Of a DNA stretch of 49,322 nucleotides, positions 1-8,769 are shown in pieces. A program made the translations under genes and the position numbers. This stretch comes from Promethearchaeota archaeon. GTDB taxonomy: Archaea; Asgardarchaeota; Lokiarchaeia; Sigyniarchaeales; SOKP01. The stretch covers positions 1 to 49,322 of the forward strand of contig JAFGGO010000182.1 in assembly GCA_016930515.1 (NCBI GenBank). The letters are read 5' to 3'. Numbering within the stretch: position 1 is the first letter of the stretch; every line of letters starts with the position of its first letter. Under the pieces are notes generated by a model, which was not told the DNA's origin, did not search any database, and saw nothing but the letters and a program-made list of their open reading frames with translations.

Positions 1-1
1 G

Positions 2-136
2 AAAAAAAAATTATCTCTTAAAGAAATATATGAAGATTTCTGGGAATATATTGAAGACGATAACTTGGAATTCAAGCAATTTATTGAAAAGGATCCAAGA
101 AGAAAATTTTACGAAAATAAAGCCAATATTTTCTAG
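2..136 (+). CDS. 3' end of a gene truncated by the window edge (hypothetical protein)
   Basis: Open frame from base 2 (KKKLSLKEIYEDFWEYIEDDNLEFKQFIEKDPRRKFYENKANIF) to TAG at 134-136; same strand as the downstream ubiquitin-like gene. Confidence 0.55.
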   Translation, partial: KKKLSLKEIYEDFWEYIEDDNLEFKQFIEKDPRRKFYENKANIF

Positions 137-193
137 CTTGAGCAATTTCGTTTCAATCGAAAAAAAATAAAAATATAATGGAACTAAACCCAT

Positions 194-445
194 ATGACAG
201 AATATAGATTTAGACTCACGGGAGTACCTCCCGACAGGGCAATAGAACTCATTAATGTAGAACCCCGCCGTTTAGTAGGAGAAATCAAGAAAGATGTACA
301 AAAACAATATAGGCTAAACCCCATTGTAGCGATCCAATTCATATTCAAAGGAAAGGTAATTCCAGACAAGCTTAAATTTGGACAAATTGGGATTCATCCA
401 AAAAAGGACATTATCACCGTGATGGCCACTCAAGCGGGGGGATAA
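194..445 (+). CDS. Ubiquitin-like (beta-grasp) protein with exposed C-terminal Gly-Gly
   Basis: 83 aa; VGEIKKDV helix; QFIFKGKVIPD resembles ubiquitin LIFAGKQLED; ends QAGG directly before the stop. Confidence 0.85.
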   Translation: MTEYRFRLTGVPPDRAIELINVEPRRLVGEIKKDVQKQYRLNPIVAIQFIFKGKVIPDKLKFGQIGIHPKKDIITVMATQAGG

Positions 446-705
446 CAAAGATTAAATTGATATTAATTTGGAAAAGTAGGGTAGAAAAAGGAAAAAAAAA
501 GATTTGTTGAGATTAAAAGGTGGTAATTGAAAGAAGGATAAATAAAACGCAAATTAAAGAGATAATACTAACACATCCAACTAAATTATATTTTATTCCC
601 TCTGGATTTTTCGTGTGTTCACTTTTCATGATAATCAATTTTTTATTTTTTTGTGTGTAAAATTAGATTTGATTTTGTGTAACACAAAAGCATCCTATTT
701 AAATC

Positions 706-1926
706 TTATTGTTCAACAACGAGATGATGGTTAAAGTGTTTTGACACGAGGGCATGCGTCGAGAGGAAAAGTTTTGGTTTTGGTACTTTATCATTAAGAA
801 TGTCCTTGAAAGCTTTTTGAAAGTCACTTAGGAACGCCTTCATTTTTTGTCGGATAATTGGGTGTTCTTGAAGGGCGATTACAACAACGAAGATGTTTTC
901 TCCCTCTTCAATAAGAATTGAAAATTGTTCTTGTTCGATCAGCTTTAAGGGTTTTTTTTGCGAAGATAATTCTTTAAGAAGGTATGAAACCGCAGTGAGT
1001 ATACCACCAAGGAGGTAATCGTCAATAATTGGCGTTTTTGGCCTCAATTCCTGCGAATATAACGTCATACCTGATTTTTGCACGACATTTATGTGTAATA
1101 GTGATTGTCTCCAATCGTATTTATCCACGAGATCGAATTCAACTTTTGAAAGTCGGAATAAAGATTCTCTAATATCAATTTTTTTAGTTGGACGAAGTTT
1201 TTGTTCTTTTTCTTCCCGCAATCCAAAATAGAAGAATAAAAAGCTAGTAGCCATTCCAATCCTATATATTAAATTTAAGATGGGATTTTGAACTATATAA
1301 TTAAATATTACGGGGAATCCAGTGAAAATAAAGTATCCACTAGATAAAAATAAGAATTTTTTTTTTACTAGAGCAGTTTCTTTTGTTGCCTTCCAGAGAA
1401 ATCCAAATCCACAAAAGATCATTCCTGATAATAAGAAAACGAATGTTATTGAAAACATAAAGATGTGGTTATCAGATAATTCAATGTCCATCACATCAGT
1501 CCCTAAAATAGATGGTTCGTTTAGGGTCAAAGAACCACTTGGGTTAGTGAATAAAATCAATTCATAAAGCAAAGCTAAAAATCCAAATATTGAAACAAAA
1601 TGCCAAATCTTGCTTGGATCAACAAGTTCACAAAAAATATACAAAGATATTAAGAGGACTATAGGGGTCCACATCCAGCTGACAATTCCATAAAAAATAT
1701 AATTCTGCTCATTTATTAAATTCGAACCTGTTAACACGATTGACATAAAATCTAAACTTTTATAAGACCAAAACATCCCTGCTAATACAACATTAATACC
1801 CATATAAAAGAGGAGTCTTGCTCGAAGCTTGCGTGCGTTATAAATGATGACCACCCCTAAAGTTAAAGCAAAAAAAAAGCAAAATGTTGCTGAAAGTCCA
1901 TTGAGCAGTCCTTCGGGCGATATCAT
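706..1926 (-). CDS. Multi-pass (about 7 TM) membrane protein fused to a C-terminal longin-like domain
   Basis: About 7 hydrophobic segments in aa 1-237, a charged linker, then HINVVQKSGMTLYS...DDYLLGGILTAVSYLLKE...LKLIEQEQFSILIEEGENIFVVVI, the Asgard longin/roadblock-type pattern. Confidence 0.75.
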   Translation of the reverse strand: MISPEGLLNGLSATFCFFFALTLGVVIIYNARKLRARLLFYMGINVVLAGMFWSYKSLDFMSIVLTGSNLINEQNYIFYGIVSWMWTPIVLLISLYIFCELVDPSKIWHFVSIFGFLALLYELILFTNPSGSLTLNEPSILGTDVMDIELSDNHIFMFSITFVFLLSGMIFCGFGFLWKATKETALVKKKFLFLSSGYFIFTGFPVIFNYIVQNPILNLIYRIGMATSFLFFYFGLREEKEQKLRPTKKIDIRESLFRLSKVEFDLVDKYDWRQSLLHINVVQKSGMTLYSQELRPKTPIIDDYLLGGILTAVSYLLKELSSQKKPLKLIEQEQFSILIEEGENIFVVVIALQEHPIIRQKMKAFLSDFQKAFKDILNDKVPKPKLFLSTHALVSKHFNHHLVVEQ

Positions 1927-2337
1927 AATAGCACCTTTAAATTCACCAATCCAATAAGTAATAACTCATTAATATCCCATTAGATTAAGAAAGAAAGTAT
2001 ATTTATATCTTTTTCATTCTTCAAATTTTTCGAATCACATATTTTTTTCTTAAAACGAGAAACATGGCTGTTGGAAATATACAATAATAACTCACATTTA
2101 ATTTTCTTGTTTTTAAATCGATCATTGAAATTATTCTGTTTTTCCTCTCGGAACCTTTTTTTCTCCGTTTCGATCGAAATCGAACTTAATCACGAAAAAC
2201 ATACACATGAATTATAAGAAAAAGACATTAAATTCCCGAAACGCATAGTCGTAATATTAAAATTCAGTCGTTAATTTTCAAAAATAATATAATTTCTAAT
2301 TATAAAACTTGTCTAAAAATAATAAAAACTGATAAAC

Positions 2338-3828
2338 ATGAGCTATAAATTACCAGACGAAAAAGATCTCGAGGCAATGATAGGCATTGTTGGTAAGAAT
2401 TATGCCACCAATAACAAGGCCATTACTGCTTCGTATCTCGCAAAATCGGTCATGGGGCTCGAATCACAAATCGCTGACATCGTCGTACGTCCCAAATACG
2501 TCGAAGAAGTGCGAAAGATCTTGCTCTATTGCTCCGAAGAAAAAATAGCCGTGTCGCCGATTTCGGGGGGATTATCTGGCGGTTTCGCGTGCCCGACTAT
2601 CAAACCTGCAGGGGTTCAAATGGACTTGGGGCGAATGAACCGTATCTTGGAAATTGACGAAGATAATAGATACGCCGTTGTGGAACCAGGTGTCACGAAC
2701 GGTGAGCTCTGGGCGTACATGCATAAACATCACCCCGATTGGGCACCTCCCATCGCAGACGGCGCTCCACCAGCTGCAACCGTCATGGGTGATGCCATCG
2801 ATAGAGGGTTTGCATTATATACTTCAAGCACCGGCCCACAAGGCGATAACTTCATGTGCGCAGAAGTCGTGTTCCCAAACGGTGACATCGTGCGAACTGG
2901 TTCCTGGGCCCTGCCTTTTGCGAAACCTTTCTACAAGTACGGTTTAGGACCCGACATGTGGTCTTTCTTAATGGGAAGCCAAGGCACTATGGGTGTCATC
3001 ACCAAGGCCGCCGTGAAAATCTATCCACATCCAGATTCAAAGACCGTCATTGCTTGGGGAATGGACAACCCATACGACATGCAGGACGTCACCTTAGATG
3101 TTGGTAAGCTCGAGTTCGGCGTTTCGCACAATACCGTCATGGTACAAGGTGGAAACTGGCCGCTCGTCATGACGCGATGGCCGAAGGATAAAATCCCACA
3201 GGACTACGAATTCTACGAAAAAGCAGGCATATCACAATGGTGGATGAACTGGGAGTGTTGGGCTCAAAGTCAAAAAGAGCTTGACAATGTCGTAGAAACA
3301 ATCAACGGCGTATGCGAAAAATACAAGAAATCAAATCGATGTCGAAATCCGGACGCAATGAAACCCTGGGAACTTCATCCCAAGCAAATCGCTTCGAGAA
3401 TGAAGAAACCCAACAAGATAGCTGTTCCCTATTCCTTCTGGGAGGCGGGGTTCTTGTTCATCACCTGGTACACCCCCTGGAACGAATGTGCTCATTTTGC
3501 TGAGATGTACAATGGCGTCTTGGAGAAATACGGCTTTCCACCCGTCATGTGGATTGCGAGCATCGAACGCTGCCGACAAGCAATTTGCATGCCTATTATC
3601 TGCTTCGATAGTACCAAGGACGAAGATTTCGAGCGCGTGCAAGAAGTGAACCGGGAAACCACTGAATATTCCTTGAAACAAGGCTGGCTCAATTACAGGC
3701 CAGATCCATACATTCACGCGCCCTTGACCTACAGTCAAGCCGCCATGTACTGGAAATACTTGCGAGCATGGAAAAAAATCGTGGATCCAAACATGATAAT
3801 GCATCCCGGAAGACTTGGTCTTCCGTAA
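2338..3828 (+). CDS. FAD-binding oxidoreductase (VAO/PCMH, GlcD-like family)
   Basis: VVRP, MDLGRMNRILEIDEDNRYAVVEPGVT, EVVFPNGDIVRTG, GSQGTMGVITK and C-terminal DPNMIMHPGRL motifs. Confidence 0.9.
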   Translation: MSYKLPDEKDLEAMIGIVGKNYATNNKAITASYLAKSVMGLESQIADIVVRPKYVEEVRKILLYCSEEKIAVSPISGGLSGGFACPTIKPAGVQMDLGRMNRILEIDEDNRYAVVEPGVTNGELWAYMHKHHPDWAPPIADGAPPAATVMGDAIDRGFALYTSSTGPQGDNFMCAEVVFPNGDIVRTGSWALPFAKPFYKYGLGPDMWSFLMGSQGTMGVITKAAVKIYPHPDSKTVIAWGMDNPYDMQDVTLDVGKLEFGVSHNTVMVQGGNWPLVMTRWPKDKIPQDYEFYEKAGISQWWMNWECWAQSQKELDNVVETINGVCEKYKKSNRCRNPDAMKPWELHPKQIASRMKKPNKIAVPYSFWEAGFLFITWYTPWNECAHFAEMYNGVLEKYGFPPVMWIASIERCRQAICMPIICFDSTKDEDFERVQEVNRETTEYSLKQGWLNYRPDPYIHAPLTYSQAAMYWKYLRAWKKIVDPNMIMHPGRLGLP

Positions 3829-3832
3829 ACCA

Positions 3833-3839
3833 GAGGTGA
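3833..3839 (+). promoter_or_regulatory. Shine-Dalgarno site GAGGTGA
   Basis: GAGGTGA with a 6-nt spacer before the ATG at 3846. Confidence 0.75.
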
Positions 3840-3845
3840 AAAAAA

Positions 3846-5222
3846 ATGGCAAAAACAGGAATGGATAGGTTAACGGAATTAAAAGGCGAAATCTTCAAGT
3901 GCATCCACTGTAAAGCGTGCAGGTTTGCGTACTCTGGAGAGCCGAGCAGGAAAGGAATTGGAGAATTCAAAGGCAAGCAAGGCTCCGTTCTCTACGAGGG
4001 AATGGTCGATTCATGCCCTGCTGGAATCGAATACGGCTGGGAAGCGTTCTGGAACGCAGGAAAGATCTGGATCGCTCGTTCGATATTAAGCGGCGATTTG
4101 GATTTTACCGAAGAAGTGCGAGATGTAATCATGCCCTGCATCACATGCGGTCAATGCTCTGCCCAATGTGAGAACAAGATCCCAACGGTGGACATCATCG
4201 AATCCCTAAGGGCTGCCTGTATCGAATCAGGAGTACCTTTAATCGACAAGCACGAGTTAGTCGTGAAATTGGTTAAGGAACTTAACAATCCTTACGGTGG
4301 TAAAAAGGACGAAAGGATGAAATGGGCAAAAGATGCCGGATTGGAAAAGTTCGTCAACAATAAAAACGCCAAGATAGCGTATTATGTTGGATGCACGGCG
4401 AGTTATCGTCAAGTCGAGGTGGCAATTGCCACGGCCAAATTATTTGAAGCATTAGGAATGAATTTCACGCTTATCGACGAAGAGGTGTGTTGCGGTAGCC
4501 CCTTCTTTAGGATAGGTGCGATTGACACTGCTCAAGCGCTAATGAAAAAGAACCTTGAAAACTTCAAGAATGTGGAAAAAGTCTACTTTTCGTGTGCGGG
4601 CTGTTACCGGACGTTTACGATCGATTATCCCAAGTGGATGGACGAGGAAAAGCTTCCATTCACGACACAACACGCATTTGAATTGATCGCAAAGCTTATT
4701 ACCGATAAAAAGATTAAGTTCAAGCCGAACGCCGAACTGAAGGGCAAGGTCGTCACATATCATGATCCCTGCCATACGGGTCGTCATTTTGGCATTGAAT
4801 TCGAGCAGGAACTCATCAAGCAAAGTAAGAACTTGATGCTCGATATGAGAAAGCTCGATCAAAAGCTCGAAGAATGGTTTGAAAAGCCGAGGACCATCTT
4901 GAAACAATTGGAAAAGGATGTTGGCATCAAGTTCGTCGAAATGTACCGCATTAAGATGAATAGCATGTGCTGCGGTGCCGGAGGCGGTGTAAGAGCGGGT
5001 TATCCCGACTTTTCCTTGAGAACGGCCAGCCTACGTTGCGACGAGGCGAACGCCGTGAACGCCGATATTTTGACCACTGAATGTCCCTTCTGCTGGAGGA
5101 ACTTGACCGATGCCAACGAGATGTACAATCATGGCATGAAAGTAATGGGCGTTCTCCAGATGATCACGGAATACGAGCTCTTGGACATCACCACGAAGCC
5201 TACGGAAAAAGATTTCTTATAA
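3846..5222 (+). CDS. Fe-S oxidoreductase with CCG domains (GlpC/GlcF/HdrD-like)
   Basis: CxxCxxC...CP and CxxCxxCxxxC ferredoxin-type motifs, YYVGC, EVCCG, CAGC, YHDPCH, CCGAGGG, CPFC; 17 nt after the FAD oxidoreductase. Confidence 0.9.
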   Translation: MAKTGMDRLTELKGEIFKCIHCKACRFAYSGEPSRKGIGEFKGKQGSVLYEGMVDSCPAGIEYGWEAFWNAGKIWIARSILSGDLDFTEEVRDVIMPCITCGQCSAQCENKIPTVDIIESLRAACIESGVPLIDKHELVVKLVKELNNPYGGKKDERMKWAKDAGLEKFVNNKNAKIAYYVGCTASYRQVEVAIATAKLFEALGMNFTLIDEEVCCGSPFFRIGAIDTAQALMKKNLENFKNVEKVYFSCAGCYRTFTIDYPKWMDEEKLPFTTQHAFELIAKLITDKKIKFKPNAELKGKVVTYHDPCHTGRHFGIEFEQELIKQSKNLMLDMRKLDQKLEEWFEKPRTILKQLEKDVGIKFVEMYRIKMNSMCCGAGGGVRAGYPDFSLRTASLRCDEANAVNADILTTECPFCWRNLTDANEMYNHGMKVMGVLQMITEYELLDITTKPTEKDFL

Positions 5223-5227
5223 ACGAG

Positions 5228-5270
5228 CTTTTTTACTCTTTATTTTTTTTATTTTTTTTATTCTTTTAAC
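5228..5270 (+). terminator. Archaeal oligo-T terminator
   Basis: Several T-runs directly after the stop of the two-gene oxidoreductase operon. Confidence 0.55.
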
Positions 5271-5415
5271 TTTATATCTCATTTAATTAGTATATAATTG
5301 ATTTTACCTTGCTATGGAATTATTACCTTTGATTCATCCATTTTTCAACTCAAAGAAAAAAAAATTTGATTTATTCAAAATAAAGTATTCATAAGAATAA
5401 TATGAATGTAATTTT

Positions 5416-6222
5416 TTAAGTCCTATACCTTTTTTGGAGCGTTTTTTCGTGAAGCTTAAACGACAGCGCTAAAATACCTAATCCAAATAGCATGAGAACG
5501 CCAAAATCAAGTAATAAACCGAAAGGTCCAAATGTGCTTGTACCCGAAAGTCCGGAATTTACGATATCAATAAAGTAAGTAATTGGAGATATTATGGATG
5601 TTGGCCAAATGTTAATTGCCACGAATATCGGGCTTATCATTACAATAGGGAATTTTATCGTGATTGACATTATCATTGTACTTGAAGGATGGGAAAACGG
5701 TGGCACTGACATGAGAATGCTGAAACACGAGAACGAGAAAGAGGCTACAATGATTCCAAGAATTAGAACTAAAATATTTAGTGAAGTCCACAGGGAAAAC
5801 GCAATTATTCCTAGAAAAAGCGGTACTAAAGATATCAATGTCCCATACAAGAAAGAAGCCCAAATATCTCCAAGGAGGATCGTTTTGATCGTTATGGGCG
5901 TTGTCATCGTTCTCTCCAGCGTTTTAAGCAAGGTTTCCCACGGAAATGTTATGGGAGCGATCGCCGTTGCGGAATAAAATAGCACCAATGCCATTATTCC
6001 CGAGACAATGTACACTACTTCAACATTCCTTCCCACGGTAAACGAAAACAATAATATTACGGGAAAGAGAATCGATTGTAAAATCACGGGAAATTTGTTA
6101 TAGTACATTCTCAAGTCTTTTACGGTAATGCCAAACGATCTCCTTATTTGTGACACCATCTTAAGAAGCGCAGATTCTTCCAAGTTTAGATTATCAATCT
6201 CGGTAATTTTTAATCCCTCCAT
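5416..6222 (-). CDS. ABC-2 type exporter permease
   Basis: About 6 TM; E...KTLERTMTTP and SPITYFIDIV motifs; coupled to an ABC ATPase. The true start may be downstream (MVSQIRRS). Confidence 0.85.
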   Translation of the reverse strand: MEGLKITEIDNLNLEESALLKMVSQIRRSFGITVKDLRMYYNKFPVILQSILFPVILLFSFTVGRNVEVVYIVSGIMALVLFYSATAIAPITFPWETLLKTLERTMTTPITIKTILLGDIWASFLYGTLISLVPLFLGIIAFSLWTSLNILVLILGIIVASFSFSCFSILMSVPPFSHPSSTMIMSITIKFPIVMISPIFVAINIWPTSIISPITYFIDIVNSGLSGTSTFGPFGLLLDFGVLMLFGLGILALSFKLHEKTLQKRYRT

Positions 6223-7174
6223 TTATTATCTTCAAGAATATTTCTTCGAAGCTAGACTGAATAGAAGAAATTTGCGTAATCTTTATACTATTAGCTCGAA
6301 TAAAATTTAATATTTCTCCAATAGCAATATCGATATCTTCCACTTCAAATATCCATTCGCCATTTGGCTTTGATTTTTTACTCATAACATTTAATTCTTT
6401 CAAATTTTCCATTTGTACCTCGTGATTGAAGGTCACACTGATCATCTTGCTTTTTTCGTAAAAAATCCTCAAATTATCAGGTGTATCAACGCATAAAATT
6501 TCCCCTTGGTTTATTATTGCAATTCTATCACATAATTCGTTTGCAACCTTCATGTCGTGTGTCGTCAGAAAAACCGTGATTCCCATCTTGTTGTATTCCT
6601 TGATGGTTTTTTTTATAATGCGTGCCGATATAACATCTAGACCGCTCGTTGGTTCGTCGAGGAATAGAATTTTAGGATCGTTTATTAATGCCATGCATAA
6701 AAGGATTCGTTGTTTCATCCCTTTTGAGTAAGATTTAGTTTTCACATGTCTTTTTTCAAAGAGTCCAAATTTACTCAATAAATCTCCTGCTTTTTTTAAT
6801 CGGATGGTTTTTGGAATATCATATAACTTTCCTATCAACATGATATTTTGTAAGCCCGTGAGTTCGGGAAAAATATTGGCCATTTCGGGGACGTTTCCGA
6901 TGCCTTGTTTCACAGAAACAGCATTTTTCCAGATATCTTTACCAAAAATCTCTGAATGTCCTCTGGTTGGTTTCAATATTCCCGTGAGCATTCGAATCGT
7001 GGTCGTTTTTCCAGCACCGTTTGGTCCAAGAAAACCAAATATTTCTCCTTGTTTCACCGCAAAATTTACCTTATTTACGGCCAATATTGATGTATTTGCG
7101 CTTGCTTTTTTCAATTTTGAGCGCTTGGATAGTTTAAATTGCATGGTCAAATCCTTAACATTAATGGCTTTCAG
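6194..7174 (-). CDS. ABC transporter ATP-binding protein (DrrA/CcmA-like); start extended to a CTG
   Basis: Walker A GPNGAGKTT, signature YSKGMKQR, Walker B LFLDEPT. The frame extends to CTG at 7174 (KAINVKDLT), 6 nt after GAGGTGA at 7187-7181. Confidence 0.9.
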   Translation of the reverse strand: MKAINVKDLTMQFKLSKRSKLKKASANTSILAVNKVNFAVKQGEIFGFLGPNGAGKTTTIRMLTGILKPTRGHSEIFGKDIWKNAVSVKQGIGNVPEMANIFPELTGLQNIMLIGKLYDIPKTIRLKKAGDLLSKFGLFEKRHVKTKSYSKGMKQRILLCMALINDPKILFLDEPTSGLDVISARIIKKTIKEYNKMGITVFLTTHDMKVANELCDRIAIINQGEILCVDTPDNLRIFYEKSKMISVTFNHEVQMENLKELNVMSKKSKPNGEWIFEVEDIDIAIGEILNFIRANSIKITQISSIQSSFEEIFLKIINGGIKNYRD

Positions 7175-7204
7175 AATTTTTCACCTCTAATTTTATTGGA
7201 ACTA

Positions 7205-7402
7205 TTATTTCCCTTGAACACATCTACAACTGCAAGCTTTCTGAAATATCAACACTAAGTCCTTGAGAGTTATTTCACCATGACTATCAATGATTTGGTT
7301 TAAACTATAATTCCCAGGATATCCATCAAAAAGCTTGGGGCATTCAAATTCGCAATTCGTCTTATCTATTTCGTTATTTTCATTTTCAGTCATTTTATTC
7401 AC
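7205..7402 (-). CDS. Small Cys/His-rich protein, possible metal binder
   Basis: 65 aa with CEFECP, QIIDSHG and CSCRC; first gene of the unit containing the ABC exporter, divergent from an ArsR-like gene. Confidence 0.6.
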   Translation of the reverse strand: MNKMTENENNEIDKTNCEFECPKLFDGYPGNYSLNQIIDSHGEITLKDLVLIFQKACSCRCVQGK

Positions 7403-7420
7403 ATGTTAATTAGATTTTTA

Positions 7421-7447
7421 ATTTGTTAAACAATTGACTTAACAAAT
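7421..7447. promoter_or_regulatory. Palindromic operator candidate in the divergent promoter
   Basis: ATTTGTTAA-acaattgac-TTAACAAAT, perfect 9-bp arms. Confidence 0.6.
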
Positions 7448-7513
7448 CAAGGTAATTATTTAAATATTTTGAATTTCTTTATTAACTAAAAAGTAGAATA
7501 TAAAGATTTTAAA

Positions 7514-7855
7514 ATGAAAGAAATCGATTTTTCCGATTTTGTCAATTTTGCGAAAGCTTTACATTGTCAAAGCAGGTACCTGATAGTTGAATTTCTCCGA
7601 TCTGGTCCTAAAACTTCCGATCAATTATATAAGCTCATGAAGGAGAGCAAAATACAAGCTGGTAAGTGTAAGGGCGAATGCAAAAATCAAATTAACCAAA
7701 ACATGAAAAAACCAGCTTTTTATTACCACTTGCGAGAGCTTGAATCTGCTGGAATCATCGAATTGCAAGATTACAAGCCGAGCGAGAAAAAAAAAGCACC
7801 AAAAAAAGTGTGGCGACTAAAAATCGATAAGTTCTTCATGAAAGTAAACGAATGA
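7514..7855 (+). CDS. ArsR/SmtB-like winged-helix regulator
   Basis: FAKALHCQSRYLIVEFL and FYYHLRELESAGII; CKGEC insertion. Confidence 0.8.
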   Translation: MKEIDFSDFVNFAKALHCQSRYLIVEFLRSGPKTSDQLYKLMKESKIQAGKCKGECKNQINQNMKKPAFYYHLRELESAGIIELQDYKPSEKKKAPKKVWRLKIDKFFMKVNE

Positions 7856-7944
7856 TAGTTCTTTTGAGTGATTACCAAAAATCATATAATAAGGTATTTT
7901 ATAAAGAGTGGTATTCATTAATATTTTAAAAATATGATGATTCC

Positions 7945-8760
7945 ATGAAAATTAATATTAAGGAAGCTAAAAGCATTATAACCAAAAGTAATATTCCGTC
8001 AATAGATTTCGTCATTAATCCTTATGTGGGCTGCCAGCACGGCTGCATTTACTGCTACGCAGAATTCATGATAAGGTTCACTGGGCATAAAGGAGAAAAA
8101 TGGGGCGAGTTTTTAGATATCAAACAGTGCGATTTAAGCAAAATTAATCCTCATAAATACGATAGGACCTCGATCTTGTTTAGTTCTGTGACCGATCCAT
8201 ATTTGCCCTTGGAAAAGAAGTACGGAAACACCCGAAAAATACTGAAGAGCTTGATTGGCACAAGCGCCGAAGTTGAAATTCTCACGAAATCGAAACTCGT
8301 GACGAGAGACATCGACTTGTTCAAGCAATTCGATAATATTAGCATTGGAATATCAATCTCTACCTTGGACGAGCCATTTTCACGAATCGTCGAACCTAAG
8401 GCTTCCAAGCCCTTAGATCGATTGGACGCAATTAAAGAAATTCACGATCGTGGTCTAAAAACATATCTATTTATTTCTCCTTTCTTTCCCGGAATTACCG
8501 ATTATCGGGCAATAATCGAAAATACCTTGGATCATACTGATCATTATATGTTCGAAAACCTTAATTTTAGACCCCATAACATTCCAAGAATAAACGCAAT
8601 GATAAAAAAGTATTACCCTCAATTAATTTCCCTCTATCAAGAACTTCAAAGGAATCATTCTTATTGGGAATTGCTCGAAGAAGAGATAATTAACTTTTGT
8701 GAGAAAAAAGGGATAGATTATAGAATTGAGTTTCATCATGGTGGTTTTTCGAAATCATGA
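7945..8760 (+). CDS. Radical SAM protein, SplB/COG1533-like
   Basis: INPYVGCQHGCIYCYA (CxxxCxxC), SSVTDPY, ILTKS, RDID. Confidence 0.9.
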   Translation: MKINIKEAKSIITKSNIPSIDFVINPYVGCQHGCIYCYAEFMIRFTGHKGEKWGEFLDIKQCDLSKINPHKYDRTSILFSSVTDPYLPLEKKYGNTRKILKSLIGTSAEVEILTKSKLVTRDIDLFKQFDNISIGISISTLDEPFSRIVEPKASKPLDRLDAIKEIHDRGLKTYLFISPFFPGITDYRAIIENTLDHTDHYMFENLNFRPHNIPRINAMIKKYYPQLISLYQELQRNHSYWELLEEEIINFCEKKGIDYRIEFHHGGFSKS

Positions 8761-8769
8761 AGAATATAT

